This document shows positions 25,388-32,426 of a stretch of DNA of 32,627 bases, piece by piece. This DNA comes from a virus (lineage: Duplodnaviria > Caudoviricetes), in IMG/VR virus record IMGVR_UViG_3300028393_000226, positions 1 through 32,627 of that record, one strand, 5' to 3'. The stretch's first letter is position 1. Each line of letters opens with the position of its first letter. Made by a program: the position numbers and the translations under genes. The notes beneath the pieces were generated by a model. That model was given only the letters and a program-made list of their open reading frames with translations. It did no database searches and was not told where the DNA came from.

Positions 25388-26145
25388 TCAAGATTTACAT
25401 CGCGGGGCCAATGCGTGGCCGACGTAACTTTAACCGTGAAGCATTTAAACAGGCAGAAGCGGAACTGGAGCGCACCCATCCAGATGCGATCGTTTACAAC
25501 CCATCACGGGTTGACTACTTACGCTTGGGTTACTGGTTGGAATCTGAGACCGGTGAACTTGAGGACGTACCCGAGTTCGATCTGCGTGAAGCCATGGCAA
25601 TGAACATGGATTGGATCTGCACGCACGCTACACATGTTTACATGATGCGCGAGTGGTGGGATTCAGAAGGAGCATCGGCTGAGTTTGAGTTGGCTAATGC
25701 TCTTGGCTTGACGGTCCTGTACGAAGAAGAAGATTTGGTTGCGTACATGGATACGTTCTTGTCTGAGCGAACTAACACGTTTGAATCGTACCTTCCTCAG
25801 TATGTGAAGGATGCCATCGAACCACAGTCAGAGGAGCCGTTTGAGAAGGCTGTTGCTCACACGTTTAAAGAAGCACAAGACATCTTGTTGAGGAAGCACC
25901 ATGATTACGGGCCGAAGAACATCAGTATGGCACCGGGTGGTCCTTTAAACGGTCTACGTGTACGCATGTGGGACAAGATCAGTCGGCTGTCTAACCTCAT
26001 GGACCGCAACACTGCGGCTAACTATGAGTCCCTTGAGGACACGCTCATTGACCTTGGGAACTATGCGCTGATTGGTGTGCTCGTACTAAGGCGTCAGTGG
26101 CCGATGGACTATTCGGAGTATGACCGAATCAACGGGGAAAAGTAA
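25384..26145 (+). CDS. DUF4406 (deoxyribosyltransferase-like) fused to Nmad1/DUF1599-like domain
   Basis: IYIAGPMRG...FN..AF...NPS...WWDSEGASAE. C-terminal KHHDYGPKNI...GLRVRMWDKISRLSNL...ESLEDTLIDLGNYALI. Confidence 0.75.
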   Translation: MIKIYIAGPMRGRRNFNREAFKQAEAELERTHPDAIVYNPSRVDYLRLGYWLESETGELEDVPEFDLREAMAMNMDWICTHATHVYMMREWWDSEGASAEFELANALGLTVLYEEEDLVAYMDTFLSERTNTFESYLPQYVKDAIEPQSEEPFEKAVAHTFKEAQDILLRKHHDYGPKNISMAPGGPLNGLRVRMWDKISRLSNLMDRNTAANYESLEDTLIDLGNYALIGVLVLRRQWPMDYSEYDRINGEK

Positions 26146-26147
26146 AC

Positions 26148-26891
26148 ATGACACAGCGTATTCTTGTTTTAGACATCGAGACCAGTCCAAACATTTGTTA
26201 CACATGGGGATTGTTTAAACAAGATATCAGCATTGGGCAGATCATCGAACCCACGCGAATGATTTGCTGGGCAGCGAAGTGGGTGGGCGAGAAGAAGGTC
26301 CACTTCGCATCAGACTTCCATGATGGAACGGACGAGATGCTTGGTCGTTTACACGACCTACTCTCCGAGGCCACGGCAGTGTGTCATTTCAACGGGACCA
26401 GTTTCGATATGCCCCACATCAAGCGAGAGTTCATCAAGCATGAGATGCCACCGCTACCACCCATCGTGGAGATAGACCTGTTGCGAGTGGTTAAGAAGAA
26501 CTTCCGTTTAACGTCCAACAAACTGGACTATGTGGCTCAGTATCTGGGCATCGGTGCGAAGGTATCTCACGCTGGATTCTCCCTGTGGAAACGCTACCTC
26601 GATGGTGATGAGCAAGCAGCCAACAAGATGAGGTCCTACAACAAGGGTGACGTGATCCTGACGGAGAAGGTTTACACACGCCTGCTCCCGTACATCACCA
26701 ACCACCCTTCGTATGCCCTGTCGGTGGACGAGAACATCCCCACTTGTAACCGTTGTGGTTCGTACAACCTCGTCAAGCGGGGCTACTCCTTCCTCACTAC
26801 GGGGAAGTATCAACGGTTCGTGTGCTCTGAGTGTGGTGGCTGGTCACGATCAGTGACCCGTGAGTCAGGTATCACGGTACGGGGTGTGTGA
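26148..26891 (+). CDS. DEDD 3'-5' exonuclease (RNase_H_2/YprB-like) with C-terminal Zn ribbon
   Basis: LDIET, FNGTSFD, IDL, YNKGDV, CNRCGS...CSECG. Confidence 0.85.
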   Translation: MTQRILVLDIETSPNICYTWGLFKQDISIGQIIEPTRMICWAAKWVGEKKVHFASDFHDGTDEMLGRLHDLLSEATAVCHFNGTSFDMPHIKREFIKHEMPPLPPIVEIDLLRVVKKNFRLTSNKLDYVAQYLGIGAKVSHAGFSLWKRYLDGDEQAANKMRSYNKGDVILTEKVYTRLLPYITNHPSYALSVDENIPTCNRCGSYNLVKRGYSFLTTGKYQRFVCSECGGWSRSVTRESGITVRGV

Positions 26892-27556
26892 TGGAGTTCA
26901 ACGAGGTTGAGTACCGAACTGCACGGTCCATGGCTGAGACACACTTCAAGAACAACAAGGGTTACATCGACAAAGACGAGATCCTTGGCGCGATCTTCGA
27001 GTGGATGTGTAAACACTATGATGGTGTGCTCGAACTCCGAGAGGTGGACGAGGGCAGCAAACTGTTACGGCAGGAGTTATACCGTGCAGGGCAACGGTTT
27101 ACATACGAGGAACGATTGCGTAAGACTGGTGCTGCGCATGGTGACTTGCACTACTACTCTCCCGGTCAGGTAGAGGAACTGTTGCCAGCATGTTGGGACT
27201 ATGACGACTGGTATCTGACTGCGGATAACCCGGCGTACGTTTCAACGTCCACTGGTGGTGATCCTGCTGAGGGTAACAACCGGGCAGCCATGCTCATCGA
27301 CGTTAAAACAGCACTCTGGTCATTGAAGCCAGAGGATGTAGCCATCTTGCACATGAAGTTTCGTGAGGGCTTAACGAATGAGGCTATCGGCGTGGAGTTG
27401 GGTGGCGTGACTGAGGCTGCTGCACGGCAGCGTGTGCAACGCACTGTGTCTAAGGTGGTGCGTGCTCTGGGTGGTGAGCCACCGTGGTGGGGTGGACCGG
27501 GTGCTCGTAAGGCTAGGACTAATGCGTCAGCCCAATCAGAATTGAGGGAGCAGTAA
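26891..27556 (+). CDS. Sigma-factor-like protein (region 4 HTH)
   Basis: ALWSLKPEDVAILHMKFREGLTNEAIGVELGGVTEAAARQRVQR. Confidence 0.75.
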   Translation: MEFNEVEYRTARSMAETHFKNNKGYIDKDEILGAIFEWMCKHYDGVLELREVDEGSKLLRQELYRAGQRFTYEERLRKTGAAHGDLHYYSPGQVEELLPACWDYDDWYLTADNPAYVSTSTGGDPAEGNNRAAMLIDVKTALWSLKPEDVAILHMKFREGLTNEAIGVELGGVTEAAARQRVQRTVSKVVRALGGEPPWWGGPGARKARTNASAQSELREQ

Positions 27557-27651
27557 TGTGTGATGCGTGTAAACGGTACGTTCAGATCATCGTCTTTAAG
27601 GGGCATAACTATTGCTCCGAGAACTGTCGCAAGAAACTACATGGTGAATAG
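27556..27651 (+). CDS. 31-aa Zn-finger microprotein (not in the ORF track)
   Basis: TAATG coupling, SD GAGGGAG. MCDACKRYVQIIVFKGHNYCSENCRKKLHGE, stop abuts the terminator. Confidence 0.65.
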   Translation: MCDACKRYVQIIVFKGHNYCSENCRKKLHGE

Positions 27652-27653
27652 GA

Positions 27654-27688
27654 AAGGCCCCGGCGATTGTGCCGGGGCCTTCTTGTTT
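27654..27688. terminator. Bidirectional terminator between convergent operons
   Basis: AAGGCCCCGGC-GATTGT-GCCGGGGCCTT-CTTGTTT. Confidence 0.85.
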
Positions 27689-27692
27689 ATAC

Positions 27693-28070
27693 CTATGGGA
27701 GCAAGCGGGAACAATCCCACCTGCCACCCGACCAGTGGTGAGCGCCACGTCCATGGTTCAAAGCGAACCAGAACCCCGCTGTCTGCACACTGGCAGGCCA
27801 TGTGTGAATGGGTGTCGGTCGGACATTGAGTTTGCGTGACAAACTCTTAGTCCATGTAGGGAGGAACTGATACAGCCCCTGAGCGTGGCTGTGCTTGTTC
27901 ACAACCGTAGGAATACCTTCACTCTCCCGTTTGACTACACACTTACGGAACTTCTCGTAGCGTGCGTCATAGTACGTGTTGTGTACACGTTTCCACGTTG
28001 GCACCACGTTGGGTTGTGTTGTGCCATGTAACGATACGGCCAGCACAGCCCCTGCAATTTGTTCAATCAT
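27693..28070 (-). CDS. Rpf/lysozyme-like transglycosylase
   Basis: CVVKRESEG...AQGLYQF...W...HHW...C, with a hydrophobic N-terminus. Confidence 0.75.
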   Translation of the reverse strand: MIEQIAGAVLAVSLHGTTQPNVVPTWKRVHNTYYDARYEKFRKCVVKRESEGIPTVVNKHSHAQGLYQFLPTWTKSLSRKLNVRPTPIHTWPASVQTAGFWFALNHGRGAHHWSGGRWDCSRLLP

Positions 28071-28402
28071 GCGTCCTCCAAGTCGGGGTGCAACACCCCG
28101 GTTACATCCTTGTTTACAACGTGCGCAAAGTAAGCCACCTCGCGTGCGTTTACACCAACAATCCTTTTTCCTACATCTCGTTCAGCCTCCCCTTTCGTTG
28201 CGTATGGACCCCATGCTGTGAAGTCAGGTTGGATGGTTGTGTCGTGTCGCTGAATAGCGATCCACCCGCCCCGACTCCACTTGATATCAACGAGTAGGTC
28301 CAGTAGTTCTTGTGCTAGATCGTCCACTGATTCATGCTCACGCTCTAGCAGAGCGATCACTGCTTTGAGTTCAGTTGGCCTATGTTTCATCGTTGTGCTC
28401 AT
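28067..28402 (-). CDS. Hypothetical protein
   Basis: 111 aa with a 4-nt overlap with the downstream gene. Confidence 0.65.
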   Translation of the reverse strand: MSTTMKHRPTELKAVIALLEREHESVDDLAQELLDLLVDIKWSRGGWIAIQRHDTTIQPDFTAWGPYATKGEAERDVGKRIVGVNAREVAYFAHVVNKDVTGVLHPDLEDA

Positions 28403-28508
28403 GCCTCTCGATGAACTGGCTAAGCGACGTAAAAGTCAGGAGTGTCACTATCAAGTGGATGGCAGAGAACATCGAAAGGAACAAGATCATCCATGCTATT
28501 GAGTCCAT
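28380..28508 (-). CDS. Possible 42-aa single-TM protein overlapping the WhiB 3' end
   Basis: SD GGGGGAG 4 nt before ATG. MDSIAWMILFLSMFSAIHLIVTLLTF. Confidence 0.45.
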   Translation of the reverse strand: MDSIAWMILFLSMFSAIHLIVTLLTFTSLSQFIERHEHNDET

Positions 28509-28869
28509 CGGACTCCCCCTTTGCTTGTGTTGTGTTTCGATTAAGGCGACGATAGAACACGGTGTGGATCTCATCGGGTGACGTGACTGTGATGCCCATC
28601 TTCCGGCGCATGGCATCCCGTTCATGTGGTGTCGTCCCACCCCACACGCCATGTAACTCATGGGCCAGCGCATACTCTTTGCACTCGTCAATGTACGAGC
28701 AGCCCTGACAGACACGTTTAAACATAGCGTTAACTGTGGCTGCCCCACCAGACGAGATGTTCTCTTCGGGATATCCGAAGCCGCCAACCGACGCACAATT
28801 TTGAGACCCATCGAACTTTGGCATGGCAACTAACTGACGTACCGAACCGAAATAGATTGCTGTTTGCAT
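28420..28869 (-). CDS. whiB: WhiB-family transcription factor
   Basis: C...KRVCQGCSYIDECKEYAL...HGVWGGTTPHER. Confidence 0.9.
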   Translation of the reverse strand: MQTAIYFGSVRQLVAMPKFDGSQNCASVGGFGYPEENISSGGAATVNAMFKRVCQGCSYIDECKEYALAHELHGVWGGTTPHERDAMRRKMGITVTSPDEIHTVFYRRLNRNTTQAKGESDGLNSMDDLVPFDVLCHPLDSDTPDFYVA

Positions 28870-28889
28870 ATGGCTCCCCCCCAAGGGAT

Positions 28890-29315
28890 CTAGTTAGGAA
28901 TAGTCCAATCACCTGAGGTGATTTGTTCCGTACCCAACGGAACATGTGGGTAGATGAACGCAATCGCTGGGATAGGTTCGTCCATCGTCTCCGTGTAAAC
29001 GCGGATGATGCGTGCTTTGTAACCGGCGTTCTCTTCCATGCTCACTATGCTGTGCATACGAGCATCAGGTTTCACCCACACCAGATCACCCTTGACCTCC
29101 GAGTACATGGTGTCCACCATCCACGGGTATGAGGCGTGACCGGGCCTGCCGTATAAGCCGTAGCCATAGACAGAACCCTTAACGTGAGACTCCACTGACC
29201 AGTAGCCAGAGTTGCTCTGCCCCGGTCGCAACGTGCCGTACACAAAGAACGCCACCGGGGTAGGTGATGAGTTCAGTAGGTGGTTCAGGTCATCGCGTGT
29301 TAAAACGTCAGCCAT
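28890..29315 (-). CDS. Gamma-glutamylcyclotransferase (AIG2-like)
   Basis: FFVYGTLRPGQSN, YP, VKGDL, E...GY, ITSGDW. Confidence 0.85.
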   Translation of the reverse strand: MADVLTRDDLNHLLNSSPTPVAFFVYGTLRPGQSNSGYWSVESHVKGSVYGYGLYGRPGHASYPWMVDTMYSEVKGDLVWVKPDARMHSIVSMEENAGYKARIIRVYTETMDEPIPAIAFIYPHVPLGTEQITSGDWTIPN

Positions 29316-29593
29316 TCGTCTCTCCCTTCACTGTATGCGCTTAGGTCTGCGGTGCCAGTGGCCGCGTAAGCGATCAAGAACTCTAGGTCTGGCATGTTTA
29401 CATCGAGCAACACTTCGGACCACACCCATGCTCGCCATGCGAGCGCGGCCTTAATGTTCTTCGCGTCCTCTTCGTCGAACTGTCGCTTGCTTAGGTTGCG
29501 TAGTAGTCGTTCGGGAGTGACACCGTGGTAAGTGCCACCCCCGTGGAACGCTAGTTTCCATTCGACGTAATCTTCAGTCGTCACAATTTGCAC
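29300..29593 (-). CDS. Hypothetical protein
   Basis: 97 aa, SD GAGGA, overlaps neighbours in the operon. Confidence 0.6.
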   Translation of the reverse strand: MQIVTTEDYVEWKLAFHGGGTYHGVTPERLLRNLSKRQFDEEDAKNIKAALAWRAWVWSEVLLDVNMPDLEFLIAYAATGTADLSAYSEGRDEWLTF

Positions 29594-29849
29594 CGTCCTC
29601 TTCTTCGCACATTTCTAACCACCGTCGTGCCCTGTGTAGGTCCATCATTGCATCGGTGATGAGTTGTGTCAACTTGATATGGTGCCCTAGCAGAGTGCGT
29701 AGGTTGTCTGCACACTTGTCGGCACGCTGAACCCATTCTTCGGGGTCACCGGGTGACAGTTGCATAGCCCATCCTCCCCCGTTGTTCTCGCCAATGGCAC
29801 GCACTGACAGTTGTGCTTCACGCATGACATCGAAACCATTCTTCGGCAT
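29574..29849 (-). CDS. Hypothetical protein
   Basis: AGGAG-GTTTAAAC-ATG start. Confidence 0.7.
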   Translation of the reverse strand: MPKNGFDVMREAQLSVRAIGENNGGGWAMQLSPGDPEEWVQRADKCADNLRTLLGHHIKLTQLITDAMMDLHRARRWLEMCEEEDGANCDD

Positions 29850-29851
29850 GT

Positions 29852-30148
29852 TTAAACCTCCTGTGTGATGGACTGTAGGTAGTAGTAGGCAACCATGTAA
29901 CGAGCGCGTTCAAACGTTGGCAGAAAGTCACCCGTCACCTTGACCGGCTCACCTGAACGGTGATCCCAGCCCACCCACACATGGTGACCACGGACACGCC
30001 TGACCGGGTATGTTTCAACACGTTCAATGCTGAACGTCGCGTTCAGCCCACGGTCCAGCCAGATGTATGAGCCAGACTTGACTCGCGTCCAACTCTGGGC
30101 ATGGCGCATGGCGTCAGCGGTGGCTTCTTCTCGCGTTAGTGTGGCCAT
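29852..30148 (-). CDS. Hypothetical protein
   Basis: AAGGA-GTTTAAAC-ATG start. Confidence 0.7.
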   Translation of the reverse strand: MATLTREEATADAMRHAQSWTRVKSGSYIWLDRGLNATFSIERVETYPVRRVRGHHVWVGWDHRSGEPVKVTGDFLPTFERARYMVAYYYLQSITQEV

Positions 30149-30150
30149 GT

Positions 30151-30414
30151 TTAAACTCCTTCGCCTAACTCAATAGACTGTCGGATGAACGTAGCCTCAC
30201 GTCCCCCACCGGGGGACCTGTGGTTCGGTGTGTAAACTTCGATCAAGCCACCTGCCGCGCCATTACGCCACTGGTACGACTCGGTACGGACAGAGATATA
30301 TATCTGCTCTCCCCGACTCATCGCCAGCGCGAGGTCAGCGATCAAGTAGGCAACCTCCCCCGGCTCGATAGAAATACGTGTCTCAGAGTCTGTTGGTTGA
30401 GTGAATAGTGTCAT
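30151..30414 (-). CDS. Hypothetical protein
   Basis: Start reassigned to 30414 (GGGAG-TTTTAAG-ATG), 1 nt after the GATase stop. Confidence 0.65.
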   Translation of the reverse strand: MTLFTQPTDSETRISIEPGEVAYLIADLALAMSRGEQIYISVRTESYQWRNGAAGGLIEVYTPNHRSPGGGREATFIRQSIELGEGV

Positions 30415-30415
30415 C

Positions 30416-31432
30416 TTAAAACTCCCATGCTCGGGTTCGGTTTGAGTTCTTGAGTGACATGTGCAGCATGTCGTCGTTGTCCCACGTCCAGTCGGGCCAC
30501 TGATCGGGATCATTCCCATACGGACCCATGTCCATGCTCACATCATGTAGCGATGCAGGTGCAGGTTCGACCTCATCCCACACTGACGTGTAAACGTTAG
30601 GGTCATACGCCTTGACCGGAGTCTTAACCTTGACGGCCTTAGCCTTGACCACAGACTTGCCCACGGCAGGCTTGCGCTTGCCCGTGCCTTGATCGGGAGC
30701 ATAACCAAAGTGGACACGCTTAGGTAGTGTAAACGTAGTCGTCTCCACTAGTCGGGTCCGTGTGAACTTGAGATATGTTCCCTCGCCCACGGTGTAGAGG
30801 GTGAACGGGATCATGCCAACGGCCTTCATAGCCTGTAGCAAGGCCATCTCAGTGCTGGCGAACACGGTGCTGCCCTTCTCAGTCATCGCCACGATAAGTG
30901 GTGATGCACTGCCCCGCGCTAGGTGCAGGACGGGGTGTTTGGCTTGCGTGTCGAACCATGCGACTGCGGCCCTACCGTCCAGCCGTTCCAGTTCCTTAGC
31001 CGGGTGAGTGCCCTTCATGTGGGCGTGACGGATGAGCGCGATGATCGACTCGGAATCAACCTGCCCGTGTCGTTTAAACGGTACGGTGGCAAAGATTTCG
31101 GAGTCGTTCGATATGTGCCCGTTATGCACGCCGATGAACCGGCCCGACTTGATCGGGTGATTATTCAGTTGGTTATCCGCGCTACCTTGCGTGGCATAGC
31201 GCGTGTGCAGGATAGCCATGACAGCACCCACGCCAGCGTTGGGATGGGCACTGCGGAATTGCTTTGCCCGTCCTGTCACCGTGTGATGTTCGATCTTGCC
31301 AGCCGTGGTCACCCACGCTGCACCGGTAGCGTCACCCCCGCGAGGGTCGATGCCGTTATGTAGTTCGCGCATGAGCCTAGCCGTATCGACTCGCTCGTTC
31401 CTTGCAATGATGTATCCAGCGATTCCACACAT
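30416..31432 (-). CDS. Class II (Ntn) glutamine amidotransferase
   Basis: MCGIAG, RGGDATG, HTRYATQG, NNHP, HNGHISN, VDSE. Confidence 0.92.
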   Translation of the reverse strand: MCGIAGYIIARNERVDTARLMRELHNGIDPRGGDATGAAWVTTAGKIEHHTVTGRAKQFRSAHPNAGVGAVMAILHTRYATQGSADNQLNNHPIKSGRFIGVHNGHISNDSEIFATVPFKRHGQVDSESIIALIRHAHMKGTHPAKELERLDGRAAVAWFDTQAKHPVLHLARGSASPLIVAMTEKGSTVFASTEMALLQAMKAVGMIPFTLYTVGEGTYLKFTRTRLVETTTFTLPKRVHFGYAPDQGTGKRKPAVGKSVVKAKAVKVKTPVKAYDPNVYTSVWDEVEPAPASLHDVSMDMGPYGNDPDQWPDWTWDNDDMLHMSLKNSNRTRAWEF

Positions 31433-31469
31433 GTGGCCTCACCGTCCTTTCGTTTGTTGTGTTGGGTCC

Positions 31470-31498
31470 AGTCTAGTGGCATGTTGTGATGATGTCAA
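31470..31498 (-). promoter_or_regulatory. Strong SigA-type early promoter
   Basis: Minus strand TTGACA-N17-TAGACT, followed by a CA-rich leader and SD GAAAGGA. Confidence 0.8.
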
Positions 31499-31499
31499 A

Positions 31500-32186
31500 T
31501 CAGATCAAGACGAGTTGATCGACGCCGACAATTTCGTCCTCAGTCCAGAGAACTAACTGACACGGGATGTTTAAACGTGAGATATGCGTCCAGAACTCGG
31601 CGGGTAGGACATCGGCAGCCGTAGCACAGGCCGTCCCATCCCCCACCGCGTGGCTATCGCCACAGTCACACTCCGGGTAGTCCCGTTGGTTTACACAGTC
31701 CTCGCATAGTTGCGCGTCCCGGTCCTCGTAATACCCATCGTTCCAGCATGATCGGCATTCACCCTCAGAGGGTTGATAGTTCGGGTCTAGGTAGTCGCCA
31801 CACTCGCAATACCACCCGCGAACATGTTCGGGCAGGTCTTCCACGTTGTCGGCAACAACAAGACCACTACGGAAGAACTCATTGTTTAAACATCCGACCG
31901 AACATGCTCCCAGCCCTCGCCGGTAGTTGTGGAACACCTGCCCCGGCAAGCCCTGCCCACGCCATAGGCACGCGATATCGTTGGCGTCAAAGTCTGCATT
32001 GATCATGCACGCGAGGACATCGGTCCACGTTATGCCGGTCACCCCGGTACGGGCTTGATCTATCACGGCCAGTAGTGCCACGTCGAAACAGTTACAACAC
32101 TCCCGACAGTTCCCACACGGGTCTTGATCGTGATACTGACCCTCGCATGGTGCGACATCGCACCCGCATGTGTTTACACACTCCAT
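31500..32186 (-). CDS. Cys-rich acidic hypothetical protein
   Basis: SD GAAAGGAG before ATG 32186. Multiple CxxC/CxC clusters. Confidence 0.7.
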   Translation of the reverse strand: MECVNTCGCDVAPCEGQYHDQDPCGNCRECCNCFDVALLAVIDQARTGVTGITWTDVLACMINADFDANDIACLWRGQGLPGQVFHNYRRGLGACSVGCLNNEFFRSGLVVADNVEDLPEHVRGWYCECGDYLDPNYQPSEGECRSCWNDGYYEDRDAQLCEDCVNQRDYPECDCGDSHAVGDGTACATAADVLPAEFWTHISRLNIPCQLVLWTEDEIVGVDQLVLI

Positions 32187-32217
32187 GACGTGCTCCTTTC
32201 GTTGGTTGATATGTGCG

Positions 32218-32264
32218 TGCCATGGTGGGGAGTCGAACCCCACCGGTGCCCACCGGGGCATGGC
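32218..32264 (-). ncRNA. tRNA-like mini-element (acceptor + T arm, no D or anticodon arm)
   Basis: GCCATG...GTGGGG-TTCGACT-CCCCAC-CATGGC-A, intergenic. Confidence 0.6.
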
Positions 32265-32272
32265 TGGCCGTG

Positions 32273-32422
32273 CTAGTCGTGGCCGGAGTCTAGGTAACAG
32301 TCCCGGCAGTGAGGCATCGTCACCCCTTCCCGTTCCACGTAGGCTTGATAGAACGCCGTAGCGTTGCACCAATAGCAGGGCAAGGATAGCACGGGCTTAT
32401 GTTGTGGCGTGTGTTGTGACAT
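32273..32422 (-). CDS. 49-aa Zn-finger protein
   Basis: CYWC...CRDC, purine-rich SD upstream of ATG 32422. Confidence 0.55.
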   Translation of the reverse strand: MSQHTPQHKPVLSLPCYWCNATAFYQAYVEREGVTMPHCRDCYLDSGHD

Positions 32423-32426
32423 CCCC

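Noticed and set aside
27560-27829. 89-aa plus-strand ORF
   Set aside because: It runs through the terminator and antisense into the Rpf-like gene. The 31-aa Cys ORF at 27556 fits better.
31819-31830. LexA box-like CGAAC-AT-GTTCG
   Set aside because: The spacer is 2 nt rather than 4, and it lies inside a CDS.
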